IMG/VR virus record: IMGVR_UViG_3300021431_004083
Span: 32,001 to 96,000 of that record
Reading direction: 5' to 3' (one strand)
Length of the DNA stretch: 64,000 nt
Source of the DNA: a virus
Lineage: Duplodnaviria; Caudoviricetes
Shown: in pieces, positions 49,157 to 59,366 of the stretch
Position numbering within the stretch: position 1 is the first letter of the stretch
Layout of the letters: every line of letters starts with the position of its first letter
Notes under the pieces: generated by a model
Seen by the model: only the letters and a program-made list of their open reading frames with translations
Told to the model about the DNA's origin: nothing
Databases searched by the model: none
Position numbers and translations under genes: made by a program

Positions 49157-51037
49157 TCACCCCGTCCTTTCGGGTAAACCCAATGCCAAGTCTTGATGAA
49201 ACACAACATTATCAAAACCACGGCGAATATAACAAACCGACGAAGACTTGTTTGTTACCAAACCCGCCAAATCAGGCGGAATGCTCTGCCCCATTATTTT
49301 TTGATAATCCTTTACGGAATTCGGCGTCATATTACCCAAAATCGAATAATCCGCCTTTTCCAAAAGACAGAAAGCGTTATCGCTCAGCATCTTATCGACA
49401 TTATTGTAAAGATAACATACACGACCGCCTTTATTATGCAATCGTTCAAACTGCAAATTGATATACTCTTTGATACCGTCATCGATTTGTTCGGCGCCGT
49501 GAATGATAACTGTATCACCCTCACCGAGGTTGCCGACAGCAAAACCGATAACATTAACAAGCTGCGCCATCGCGACGCCCTTACCTCTGAGCATCAAACC
49601 GGAGAAATCATAAATAACACGGCGACCGTCCTTCGCGCCGTCAATCACATCCGTAGTAATAGTATTGAACAAATCGCCGTTATTCGACAACAGGTTACGG
49701 AACGTAACAGAAAGAACCTTCAGAGCGTGAATCGCTTCACTGTCCTTTGCCGCCGCATTCAACAGCGCTTTGTATTCCGTATCAAGATAGGATACGAAAA
49801 CCTCAAGCTTCGGAACCTGCTCATGCGGAATTCCGACAATACGCAGACGCTTTCGGTTCGCAATCGCGTTCTCGTACCACATACGTTGGTCAATATAAAA
49901 CTTCGTAGCGATTTGCTCCAACTCGCCTCGAATAATAGAACGATCGGAGTCTGTTGTCTCATACGCCTGCTCCGCCATCAATATCAGCTTTTGCATCTGT
50001 GACGGGAAAACAGAAAGCTCGTCATCGGCGTCGCCGAACATCTCAAACATATTGACGTCGCCCTGTCCCATATCGATACGATATGTCAAATCGGTAAACT
50101 TCGGACCGAGATTATCCAGATTTGCGCCGTTCAAAATCAAATGAACGACCTTGCCGTTGCGAACGAGAACTGACTGGGATATCTTAGAACCCCATACATC
50201 AGAAACATAGGTACGCCCTAATTTCTTTTCAAAACTCTCATTCGCGACAACGATATGATGCTTATATCGATTAACATCAAACAGAACAGCGGAGTTATTC
50301 ACATCACCGACCATATAACCGACATACTCACCCGCAGGGTCTTCCAGACCATGTGTGACAAGGTTATACGAGCCCGCATACTCCGTAGACGTAAAATAAA
50401 AGCCTTTGCCGAGCTTCTTTTCGTTCTTAGCGAACAAATGAGAAAGCTCATTACGCTGTTCCCCGTGATACGCCGCTGCTGACAGCGTAGCGAAACGGTC
50501 GATATATAAACGTTCTATCTTGGAAACAGCATCATCGAGCGCGTCGAGCGTCGGAGCTTTGATGAGCAACCGCCAATGCGCCGACAAATAAACGGCGCCG
50601 TCCTGCAGCTCCTGAGCAACTTCGTACAAATCCTCACTACGACGGGACGCTTTACCCTTTGTTGTATTCGAACCCGCGCGCTGCTGCTCGTTCTCATTCA
50701 TCTTGGCAACGCCCTCAGCTTTATTCTGATGCTCCAATAACCAACCCTCTGTCATACGACGGGTTTGCTCAAAGAGCAATATCGAAACGTCATCACCGAG
50801 GCCCGACGGAATCTTATTAACGCCCCAAAAAGGACCGTAACCGTCGTTTGCGCCGTCTTGGTGGAAAAACGACATGATAGTCGCGAAACTATCGTCGATT
50901 TGGAAATAATCGCTGTGAAACACATAGCGCTCAACGGGCTTAATGGCAAGCAAATCGGGATAGTCACGCAAAGAGCCGGTCATCTTTTTCGCTCTCGCCT
51001 TTTGTTCCTTCGTCTCTTTTCGATTAAATAAACCCAA
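49157..51037 (-). CDS. VirB4-like protein without recognisable Walker motifs
   Basis: Position between PrgI-like and VirB6-like genes; VLFD..HHIVV, NMFE and VIYDFSGL segments; no GxxGxGK[ST]. Confidence 0.6.
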   Translation of the reverse strand: MGLFNRKETKEQKARAKKMTGSLRDYPDLLAIKPVERYVFHSDYFQIDDSFATIMSFFHQDGANDGYGPFWGVNKIPSGLGDDVSILLFEQTRRMTEGWLLEHQNKAEGVAKMNENEQQRAGSNTTKGKASRRSEDLYEVAQELQDGAVYLSAHWRLLIKAPTLDALDDAVSKIERLYIDRFATLSAAAYHGEQRNELSHLFAKNEKKLGKGFYFTSTEYAGSYNLVTHGLEDPAGEYVGYMVGDVNNSAVLFDVNRYKHHIVVANESFEKKLGRTYVSDVWGSKISQSVLVRNGKVVHLILNGANLDNLGPKFTDLTYRIDMGQGDVNMFEMFGDADDELSVFPSQMQKLILMAEQAYETTDSDRSIIRGELEQIATKFYIDQRMWYENAIANRKRLRIVGIPHEQVPKLEVFVSYLDTEYKALLNAAAKDSEAIHALKVLSVTFRNLLSNNGDLFNTITTDVIDGAKDGRRVIYDFSGLMLRGKGVAMAQLVNVIGFAVGNLGEGDTVIIHGAEQIDDGIKEYINLQFERLHNKGGRVCYLYNNVDKMLSDNAFCLLEKADYSILGNMTPNSVKDYQKIMGQSIPPDLAGLVTNKSSSVCYIRRGFDNVVFHQDLALGLPERTG

Positions 51038-51054
51038 AAAACATCACCTCATCC

Positions 51055-51930
51055 CTAACCATTGCTCGTATATACAGCGGCAAAGAACTCATGAATATCA
51101 TCTCTGCGCTTCAAAGGAACGCACTGCTTAATCATCAACGCTGAGTTCTCAACCTCTGACTGCAAAATATTACGCGCTCTCAACAACGCTTCTTTATTAT
51201 CAGCCTTCAAAACAAGATATTGATGGACTGATTTGAATGTACCGCCGACTTCGTCCTTGAGAATCTTAAATTGCTCCTCAAGAAGCATCTTCAGTTCGTC
51301 GTTGTCAACAGCAAGATTGTCATACGTCTTCTGCAAATTCGCGATCTGACGATATACCTTTTGCGACTCCTTCGACGTTACGAAGATAAGCTCAACATTT
51401 GCCTCCTGCTTACGATAAAAACTATCGACACGAGATATAATCGCCTCTTGGTCGGACTGGAACAAAAGAATGGACGCAGAACCGACAACGCGATACAAAT
51501 AAGCATATGTATCATCATTGAATGTAATCATACCTTTATCATCGATTTCCGAAATATTGGAAATAGAATAAAAGGCGTTTACCTTTGACGACTTACGTGT
51601 AAAAACATAACGCGCTTTTCTCGGTATGTAAGCAAGCAACGTCACAATCTTTTGGAAGTTCATACGATTCGTCTTGTCTGTTTTGATTAAAAGAACAGAC
51701 CACGCAATCCATAAAAGCGTAAACAATATTTTTTGTACAAGCGTACCGCCCTTAATGAACGTCTGCGTCAGAACGAAAAAGTATCCGATAAAAGCAACCA
51801 AAATCGCCAAAACGACCTTAATGGAAAAGATACGAGCAACAGAACCGTCCTTCGTTGACATAGCGATGTCCATTGAAGTATAACCGTCCGCCAAAGTTGC
51901 CGGTATCTTATAACTGGATTTAACAGCCAA
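51055..51930 (-). CDS. PrgI/VirB3-like membrane protein
   Basis: Two N-terminal TMs then soluble domain; directly upstream of the VirB4-like gene. Confidence 0.55.
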   Translation of the reverse strand: MAVKSSYKIPATLADGYTSMDIAMSTKDGSVARIFSIKVVLAILVAFIGYFFVLTQTFIKGGTLVQKILFTLLWIAWSVLLIKTDKTNRMNFQKIVTLLAYIPRKARYVFTRKSSKVNAFYSISNISEIDDKGMITFNDDTYAYLYRVVGSASILLFQSDQEAIISRVDSFYRKQEANVELIFVTSKESQKVYRQIANLQKTYDNLAVDNDELKMLLEEQFKILKDEVGGTFKSVHQYLVLKADNKEALLRARNILQSEVENSALMIKQCVPLKRRDDIHEFFAAVYTSNG

Positions 51931-52019
51931 TCAAATCTCTCCCTTCTTACCGTTTTTATTGAAGAAAACAACCATAGTCGTCTGCCTGTAAAACAGAGCA
52001 GACGACCATCGAATATATT

Positions 52020-52466
52020 TTATCGCTCAAAAATAAAGCCATCGCTTTCTCTCTCGGCATTGTAACCCCAATGAATCGAAGAAGAAAACGTCTCGCCCTT
52101 CTTATTGACGAAATCGTCACAATGAACGGACTTACCCGCCATAAGCTGCGCGTACTCTTCATCGGTGAAATCATGCTGACAAAAGCGTCTCGGGATGTTC
52201 GGAATAAATTCCGTCATATCAGGGGCAAAAAACGTATATGTATTGCCCGACTGCGCGTCAATACCCGTTTTATGCTGAAGCGTCGCCTTTACCGCATAAT
52301 GCTTCCCCTCTTTATTGATGAGGTCATATACACGGATGGACTCACCGCGAAGCAAAGCCTCGCAGTCGTCATCAGACAAACGTCTTTTCCTGAAAATACG
52401 ATTAAACGAAACGCGCTGCCCGTTAAATTTACCGGAATAGCGCTCTTTTCTTACTGCATCTGACAT
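52020..52466 (-). CDS. Stand-alone topoisomerase C-terminal repeat protein
   Basis: GKFNGQRVSFNR..LSDDDCEALLRGESI matches the repeats at the C-terminus of the adjacent topoisomerase. Confidence 0.75.
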   Translation of the reverse strand: MSDAVRKERYSGKFNGQRVSFNRIFRKRRLSDDDCEALLRGESIRVYDLINKEGKHYAVKATLQHKTGIDAQSGNTYTFFAPDMTEFIPNIPRRFCQHDFTDEEYAQLMAGKSVHCDDFVNKKGETFSSSIHWGYNAERESDGFIFER

Positions 52467-52483
52467 AATAAATAAAGCTCCTT

Positions 52484-54739
52484 TTATTTAAAATCGGGTT
52501 TAAAGCCGACAAACTTTATACCCTTAAAGGTCTGATTGGCAAGCTTACCTGTTACGGAATACGGTCTCCCCGTTTTCTGAGACGTTGCCTCAAAGGTAAT
52601 CGACTTACCCGAAAGAAGCATCGTGATCTCATCATCGGTAAACTCATGGTTACTCCATTTCCGCTTAAACTTGATATCCTTGCCATGCCACTTACCTGTC
52701 GCGTACTCGCTCATATCAACCTGACGGGGCTGTTTATCAGAACCGTCGTCTTCGATATAACCAAGCGGCTTGAACCCGACAAACTTATGGGAATTTATCT
52801 CCTGCTCAGCAAGAGCTCCTTTTACATTATAACATGAACCCTTGCTGTTAGTCAAGTTAAATACTCGGATTTCATGACCTGCTAACAACTCTGTAACCTC
52901 ATCGTCTGTAAAACGATGACCGCCGTATTCACGGCTGAAGGTGACTTCCCTGCCGTTCCACGTACCGGAAACCTTTTCTTTTTCTTTGACACCGAGATTT
53001 TCTGCGTTCTTTTTCATTGTATCCATATCCTCACGAACATATTCCGCGAACTTTTGAAAGCCCACTGTGTCTTTAAACGTACCGTCGGCGATACCACGCA
53101 TCTGCGCCATCAGCTCCTCAGTGATTTTCAAATCACCGATATGCGTATTCTCAAGGAGCACATAGCTCATTTCGCCGAACTGCGTCATGCCGATTTTACC
53201 ACGTGTATCCGTAAGAAGCGGATATTTATTTTTCTCACCCTGCGGACGTGTCACATCGGCATACGTGCTTGTGCGTGTCGCGCCTGTTCCAACGTCATGC
53301 TTTTCGAGCTGTTTCATCAGCCACTTCATCGTAGGTGTCGGAGGCTTCGGGGGAAAACCCTCATGAACAAAAGGCTTCGCCAATGTACCGAGACCTTTCG
53401 CGTTCAAATCATCAGGCTCGTCATCAACGCTGAAAATCGCCTTATAACCCATCTTCTTCGGAACGGACGCCGTTCCTTTAAAAGCGGGATAACGCTTCAC
53501 ATGACCTTTCTGCAGCTCGTACTCATAATCCTCGCCGAGAATCGACAGCCAGTTCTTTGCCAAAATCTCATAAATCAAAGCGGCGCATTTAGCGTCAGGT
53601 GCTGATGAAGGAAATAACAATGCTAAATCAGCAAGAGACGACGGTACATTCGGACCGGGACGATTAGCGCCATGCGCGCCGCCGTTTTTGACATGTGTCT
53701 TACGAGGTGTACGATGCGTCAACAAGCGTGAATCGACACCAACCACCCTCGCGATTTTATCTGTCAAAGGAAGCAACTCGTTAAATTGCTCGGGCGTAAC
53801 GACCTTATCTTCTGTTCTCGGATACGAAACGACTTGCTTTTCATACATTGTCTGATATACACGAAGAACGTGTTCTGCCTTGAAACCTTTCTGCGACATC
53901 AAGGAAGACAATGCGGCAAGGTCGAGCAGTTTTGGAGGCGAAGACCGCTTCATTTCCTTCGAATCGACAACAACTTCACTCTGCTCATACTTCTGCGGCA
54001 CCTCGTTTTTCGTTCTAAAACAAGGCTCCTCAGCATTCGTATAAACGACGCCGTTTTCGTCACGGAAACGATTCTGATAATACGGAATCTTTTTATACGC
54101 CTTAACAGCGGCAAGACCGTCGCCGACAATACGAATCATCGCGCTTTTCAAACGCCCTTGGCGTAAAACAGGATGTGTCGGTGTAAGACAGTATGCGATA
54201 CGCGTGAACTGCATCGACAGCTTATCCCACTTACAACGATATTCCGCTTTCAGATAATCACTGTCCGTCAACATCGACTTAATGGGCTTGCGTGTCTTGA
54301 ATGCCTTTTGAATCGAAGCAGGTGCTTCGTCATAAAACACCATACGGCTCCATTTACGCGGCATCAAACGCAAGCCTTCGAGAATCTCCCAAGCGAGCAA
54401 TTCACCCTCGCCAGTCGGGTCGATATCTGTACCAATACAAATCTCGTCACAACGAGAAAGCGTCGTTTGGATATTCTGAAGCATCGAAGATACACCGGCC
54501 ACAGCCTTACGTTCCCATTTAAAGTCAGACTCAACCCACGGCAAATTCTCAAGCTTCCATATCTTGTATTTATCACGAAGCGCAGGCGCAACCATTTCAT
54601 CGGGGTCCTTGTACTCATACAAATGACCACGCGCATGAACAATCACATATTGCTCACCGTTATATGTGCCTCTATTTCCGCCAAGCGCTTTCGCGAAATT
54701 ATCAGCGGCGCTTTTCTTTTCACAAAGAATACCAATCAT
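52484..54739 (-). CDS. topB: Type IA DNA topoisomerase (Topo III-like)
   Basis: CEK, GHL, TDID..GE, GRL, SYPRT (catalytic Tyr), GTGATR. Confidence 0.9.
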   Translation of the reverse strand: MIGILCEKKSAADNFAKALGGNRGTYNGEQYVIVHARGHLYEYKDPDEMVAPALRDKYKIWKLENLPWVESDFKWERKAVAGVSSMLQNIQTTLSRCDEICIGTDIDPTGEGELLAWEILEGLRLMPRKWSRMVFYDEAPASIQKAFKTRKPIKSMLTDSDYLKAEYRCKWDKLSMQFTRIAYCLTPTHPVLRQGRLKSAMIRIVGDGLAAVKAYKKIPYYQNRFRDENGVVYTNAEEPCFRTKNEVPQKYEQSEVVVDSKEMKRSSPPKLLDLAALSSLMSQKGFKAEHVLRVYQTMYEKQVVSYPRTEDKVVTPEQFNELLPLTDKIARVVGVDSRLLTHRTPRKTHVKNGGAHGANRPGPNVPSSLADLALLFPSSAPDAKCAALIYEILAKNWLSILGEDYEYELQKGHVKRYPAFKGTASVPKKMGYKAIFSVDDEPDDLNAKGLGTLAKPFVHEGFPPKPPTPTMKWLMKQLEKHDVGTGATRTSTYADVTRPQGEKNKYPLLTDTRGKIGMTQFGEMSYVLLENTHIGDLKITEELMAQMRGIADGTFKDTVGFQKFAEYVREDMDTMKKNAENLGVKEKEKVSGTWNGREVTFSREYGGHRFTDDEVTELLAGHEIRVFNLTNSKGSCYNVKGALAEQEINSHKFVGFKPLGYIEDDGSDKQPRQVDMSEYATGKWHGKDIKFKRKWSNHEFTDDEITMLLSGKSITFEATSQKTGRPYSVTGKLANQTFKGIKFVGFKPDFK

Positions 54740-54930
54740 AGATTCACCTCATCCTTAGAATGTCGCCGGATGTACTCTTCGATAGCCAACTCAACTATCG
54801 TTGACTTACACCGACGTGTTGCCGACGAATACTCAGACAAAGAAGACAGCACCCCTTCGTCGATACGATAAGTCGCGGCGACGGATTTCTTAACACGCGC
54901 CGCTTCCTTTTTCTTTTTAACCTTTTCCAT
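54736..54930 (-). CDS. Ribbon-helix-helix DNA-binding protein
   Basis: ATYRID..L..YS..KSTIVELAIEEY pattern. Confidence 0.7.
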   Translation of the reverse strand: MEKVKKKKEAARVKKSVAATYRIDEGVLSSLSEYSSATRRCKSTIVELAIEEYIRRHSKDEVNL

Positions 54931-54945
54931 AACAACCTTTCCTTT

Positions 54946-55701
54946 TTATCGAATAGGACGACCGTCACGAATGCGTTCGTCTTTACGGAATGTTTGAGAT
55001 TGCGAACGTAACTGCTCTATCATATCAGAAACACCGTGTTCAAGAAACTGAACCTTCGAAGGCGATAACGGTGAATTCTGTCTGAAACCGAGTTTATCAA
55101 AAAGAAGATAAGCCAAAGCGATTTCATTTTCCGCTTTCGTACCGTCAAGCATGGATGACAAAGACGACAACCGTCTTAATATTACATCAAGCTTTGACGC
55201 CAAAGCAAAACTTCTGTCAGCGCCGTTATACTCTTCAACAAGCGTTCTCACATCATCAGACAACGCTGACATATCAACGATAGCATCCGAATGGACAATA
55301 CAATAAGCCGTTAAAGCAGCGGTTCGCGATGAAGCTTTCGGGAACTCCTTTGCCACAATGGCATATACATCAAGTGGAAAGTTGCGTATTTGTATCGTGT
55401 CCGACTGAGGCTGCTTTTTTCTTTTCTTATCGGAAGAAGATGTTGTATGGCGAACCTTTTGCGAATCCCGATAAACGGGCTTCTCCTGTTCGGCAACACC
55501 TTTGCCTGTATTTTTACCTGTATTTGATAATGGCGCCTTCTCTTTTTCAGGCAACTCAGGTTTACTTTGTGCAGGTGAAGGCGATACCTGTGTACCGGCA
55601 GGTTTACCGTCAGAAGAATTACGACGTAAGGAAGGCTTCGGAACGGATACTTGCTGAGAGCCTCCGCCGTACTTATAAAGGTCATAATCTAAGTTATCCA
55701 A
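54946..55701 (-). CDS. Hypothetical protein (possible relaxosome or regulatory accessory)
   Basis: Abuts the upstream RHH gene; disordered N-terminus. Confidence 0.6.
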   Translation of the reverse strand: MDNLDYDLYKYGGGSQQVSVPKPSLRRNSSDGKPAGTQVSPSPAQSKPELPEKEKAPLSNTGKNTGKGVAEQEKPVYRDSQKVRHTTSSSDKKRKKQPQSDTIQIRNFPLDVYAIVAKEFPKASSRTAALTAYCIVHSDAIVDMSALSDDVRTLVEEYNGADRSFALASKLDVILRRLSSLSSMLDGTKAENEIALAYLLFDKLGFRQNSPLSPSKVQFLEHGVSDMIEQLRSQSQTFRKDERIRDGRPIR

Positions 55702-56028
55702 TTATAATTCACCATCCTCATCCTCAAGAAGATAATTGTCCCCTCTTGTCAAATTCAGCAAACTGTCAGCCATAGAGTGAAGCTCATCGGACAAATTTGA
55801 CGTATCGGAACGTAAACCTGCGATCATATCAACAAGCTGATTGACACGCTGTACTACAGCGACAGGTACATCGAAATCTTGGTTCTCCCAACCTATCATA
55901 TGCTCCAGAGCATGATACATGTATTCGTTGATACTCATTCCCCTTCGGTCCGCCCAATATTTCAAGCGTTCGTACTCGTCAGGCGTCAAAGTCACTGTCA
56001 CTCTCTTATGAGACGGGTCTCTTGCCAT
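55702..56028 (-). CDS. Ribbon-helix-helix protein
   Basis: RVTVTLTPDEYERLKYWADRRGMSINEY. Confidence 0.75.
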   Translation of the reverse strand: MARDPSHKRVTVTLTPDEYERLKYWADRRGMSINEYMYHALEHMIGWENQDFDVPVAVVQRVNQLVDMIAGLRSDTSNLSDELHSMADSLLNLTRGDNYLLEDEDGEL

Positions 56029-56038
56029 ACTACACCTC

Positions 56039-56848
56039 TTACTCGCTATATAAAACAGATGTATCCTTTTTCAAAGGAACAATGTAACGACCTGATGTTC
56101 CGTCGATTGCCGAATCACAGGTGGACAATACAACAACTTTGTCATGAACAGACGGTTTCGTTGTAAACTTCTCGCCGAACGCTGTATCCAGATTCGACAG
56201 AAGCGAATCGTAATCAGTCTCACCGTCAAGATACGGATACTGATAAACATTGTGTGTCTTCGTCACATATTGCGGCGCCCAAACACACCACCTCTCAACA
56301 TGGTCGGGGAAATACAAATAAACATAGGGATGATTTTCCGCCCACTCTTTGTTTTCGTAGTTCGTCAGCTCCGTAAACATTTTAGCGGGACCGGACAAAT
56401 GATGTCCGTAAATCAAACGAAGCATATCATCTTCCGTCGTATCATAAGTGAAAATACATCCAACCGAGGAAGACTCACCGTAAACGTCTGACCAAACATA
56501 TTTCTGACTGCTGACTTCTGTATGAACAACACAGTAATCAATTTCAGTATCGGGAATGTATAACCAACAATAAAAATCGGGAACCTTTGATTTGAGTTCA
56601 TCAAAATCAAATCGACGAGCCATTGCTTTTTCGTCGACTGTTTGGGCTGTAGTAGACTCGTCATCTCCTGTCGCCGCAACGGAATCAGGAGAAGCCGGAA
56701 GCTCTGCGGAAAGAAGATTGCTTTTATTCGCGTCATTTGACTGGGAATAATAATCATAACCCATATATCCACCGACAGAAACAGCAAACGTCAACAGAAT
56801 ACAAATAGTCATTAAAATAAAATTAGAGAAATTACCTCTACGCTGCAT
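56039..56848 (-). CDS. srtB: Class B sortase
   Basis: N-terminal TM, WLYIPDTEIDY, IYGHH, LSTC..GRY; promoter at 56888-56916. Confidence 0.85.
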   Translation of the reverse strand: MQRRGNFSNFILMTICILLTFAVSVGGYMGYDYYSQSNDANKSNLLSAELPASPDSVAATGDDESTTAQTVDEKAMARRFDFDELKSKVPDFYCWLYIPDTEIDYCVVHTEVSSQKYVWSDVYGESSSVGCIFTYDTTEDDMLRLIYGHHLSGPAKMFTELTNYENKEWAENHPYVYLYFPDHVERWCVWAPQYVTKTHNVYQYPYLDGETDYDSLLSNLDTAFGEKFTTKPSVHDKVVVLSTCDSAIDGTSGRYIVPLKKDTSVLYSE

Positions 56849-57178
56849 ACAACACTCGTCCTTACATAATCATTTTTTACGCCTTACATTATAACATACC
56901 TTTTTTAAAATTGCAATACTATTATTGCAATTTTTATACAAGATAGAGAGTCATTGTTTTTGGAGAGTTGGAACCTTGGATTTTTTACAAAATTCTGAAG
57001 CTAAAGCTTTTAGAGATTGCTTCGAAGAGTTGAAAATCTGAAATACCTTGAAAAGAACAATTCTACGAATTGGACATTTGAGGGGTTGTAAAATCGATAT
57101 CAACAGTGCTAATACATAGTGCTGCGTGATGATAAAAAAAAATTCTATATCCCGAAATACGGGAGGAAAGAGGTTTTT

Positions 57179-57622
57179 ATGGCTACAAATCTGAACAACT
57201 TCGGCGTGGTAAACGGTCGTCTCGCAAGAGACCCTGAGGTCTTCCAGAACAGCGATGGTTCTACCAAGTTCCGTATCGTCGTCGCCTGCCAGAAGAACTA
57301 CAAGGGCAAGGACGGTCAGTATGGCGCTGATTTCGTTACCATCACCAAGTTCGTAGGCGCCGGTCAGAGCGCGGGCATCCTGCCGCAGCTCGCAAAGGGC
57401 GATGGCGTTGCCGTTGAGTACACCGTTACCAACAACAACTACACCGATAAGGACGGCGTAGCGCACTACGAAGAGACCAAGGATATGGTCGGCTATCCCC
57501 AGCTGCGCTATAAGAAGCGCGCGGGCGGCGTCGAGGGTGACGCTGAAGCTGCTGCGAGCGAGGCGCCTGTAGAGCAGGCTCCTGTGACCGCTGCTCCTGC
57601 AGACGGCAATCTCGCAATGTAA
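57179..57622 (+). CDS. ssb: Single-stranded DNA-binding protein
   Basis: NFGVVNGRLARDPE..ADF..LAKGDGVAVE..NNYTDKDG. Confidence 0.9.
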   Translation: MATNLNNFGVVNGRLARDPEVFQNSDGSTKFRIVVACQKNYKGKDGQYGADFVTITKFVGAGQSAGILPQLAKGDGVAVEYTVTNNNYTDKDGVAHYEETKDMVGYPQLRYKKRAGGVEGDAEAAASEAPVEQAPVTAAPADGNLAM

Positions 57623-57802
57623 GAATACGCGAATAGGGGGCTCTCCCGAGCCCCCTTGTGCGTAATACCAAACTGTGTACGGAAGAACACCGCTTATATC
57701 GGACATATTCATTTTTCCTTTCTGATTGATTTATTGGCAAAACGACACCGCAGCAATAGTTGCGGTGTTGTTCCGTGTACAGCTCATTCGTTACCTCCTT
57801 AT

Positions 57803-57853
57803 GAAAAAAGAGAAGCCGTAGGTTATCATGCCTACGGCTTCTTTTTTTTTTTT
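57803..57853. terminator. Bidirectional terminator between convergent genes
   Basis: A-run, AGAAGCCGTAGG stem, CCTACGGCTTCT, T-run. Confidence 0.8.
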
Positions 57854-57861
57854 CAAATCAA

Positions 57862-58620
57862 TTAGATGCGTGTTGTGCGTTTCTTGTAAACAACGACGCC
57901 GACGATCGCCAGAATAACAGCCGCACCGATGACAACATAAGTAGCAACGGGAGCGCCTGCGGCGGTAGCAACCTCACTGGAAAGCTTATCCGCGGAATCA
58001 CCGGTAGCACCCTTTGACGCGGCTTCAGAAGAAGCGACAGTAGCGTTCTGTGTTGCGGATTGAATAGCAGACGAAGTGGTACCGTCAGTTGTCGGAGCGA
58101 CGACAACGTCACCTGCGGTCTGACCATCTGTCTTCTCGTAATCATCAGCAGGCTGACCTGCTTCGGGAGCGGCGGTAGACTCGCTTGCGAGACCGGTCAA
58201 AGCGGTGTCGGCTTTTGCGGAGAAGAGCGTTACGGTATAAATCTTATTATTATAAGATACCTCAACAGCGAATGTGTTGAAACCTGCCTGAGAATCATTA
58301 AAGCCCGTCGGGTCATAGCTTCCCTTCTCGCCGACAAAGAACGCGCCTACGGTGCGGCCCTCGCCGTCAATCAAATAACCGGCAAGGTCTTCCGCCTTAA
58401 CGACGTCGAAGTCCTTCATAAGGTTCTCGCCGTCTTCATTTATCTCAGCGGAGAAATGATAACCGGCATCCTTTGTTTTGGTCAAAAGCTTCAGCTCCAA
58501 CTTATCGGAGCCTGAAACGACTGTAATGGGTGTAGTAGACGTTTCATCAGCAAACGCAACCATTGTACCCAAACAGGTAATCATGAAAACAGCCAACAGA
58601 AATGCAATAATTTTCTTCAT
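57862..58620 (-). CDS. Cell-surface protein with C-terminal TM and basic tail
   Basis: Signal peptide; Ala/Thr-rich stalk; hydrophobic segment followed by KKR. Confidence 0.75.
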   Translation of the reverse strand: MKKIIAFLLAVFMITCLGTMVAFADETSTTPITVVSGSDKLELKLLTKTKDAGYHFSAEINEDGENLMKDFDVVKAEDLAGYLIDGEGRTVGAFFVGEKGSYDPTGFNDSQAGFNTFAVEVSYNNKIYTVTLFSAKADTALTGLASESTAAPEAGQPADDYEKTDGQTAGDVVVAPTTDGTTSSAIQSATQNATVASSEAASKGATGDSADKLSSEVATAAGAPVATYVVIGAAVILAIVGVVVYKKRTTRI

Positions 58621-58644
58621 AACAATACCTCACATATTTTTTTA

Positions 58645-59286
58645 TTAGCACATCAACGTGCGTCCGACAATCAAATAATGACTCGAATCATACACGTTAA
58701 TATAAACAGCAAAGGCATCAGCTTTCGCTGTCGCTTTCATATCTTCAGCCAGAGCTTGATACTCCTGCCAATGGTCTTCTATATATTTCTCCCAATAAGC
58801 GCTGTCTTTGTTCTCCGAATCATCTGTCAATATATAAGAAACAGCAACGATATTATCTTCCATATTGACGATACGTATATCTGTCTGCGACGGAGATACT
58901 TCTTTTAAGTGTTCCTTACGATTCTCAACAGACGACACGCCGACATACTCTTCATCGGACGCGTTCGGATTAACGTCAAAAGAACCGACAGACTTACGGG
59001 AAGCAGAAGAACTATCACTCACTTCATCAGCAGCTTCGTTTTCTGTCGCGGCAACAGTCGGCTCGACTGTCTCCTCAAGCGTATCACCGCCCTCTGTATT
59101 CTCCGAAGAATTCGCGGCAGGAACAATAAGCTGTGATTTCTCATATACAGTCGTAGGAGAAATAACCTCATCAGGCGTTGCAAAATCACGTGTGGCAAAC
59201 GAATCGGAAACATTACCACACGCGGCGGATGTCACAACCATACAAAAGGCACAACCGGCCAAGAGTAATCTTGCCAAACGCTTCAA
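58645..59286 (-). CDS. Acidic lipoprotein
   Basis: SAAC lipobox. Confidence 0.7.
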   Translation of the reverse strand: MKRLARLLLAGCAFCMVVTSAACGNVSDSFATRDFATPDEVISPTTVYEKSQLIVPAANSSENTEGGDTLEETVEPTVAATENEAADEVSDSSSASRKSVGSFDVNPNASDEEYVGVSSVENRKEHLKEVSPSQTDIRIVNMEDNIVAVSYILTDDSENKDSAYWEKYIEDHWQEYQALAEDMKATAKADAFAVYINVYDSSHYLIVGRTLMC

Positions 59287-59366
59287 TCACTCAGCCCCCT
59301 CTCGTTTTTTATAACACCCAAAGTATAGCACACTTATTTGTATTTTGCAAGCCTTTCTATAAAAGT

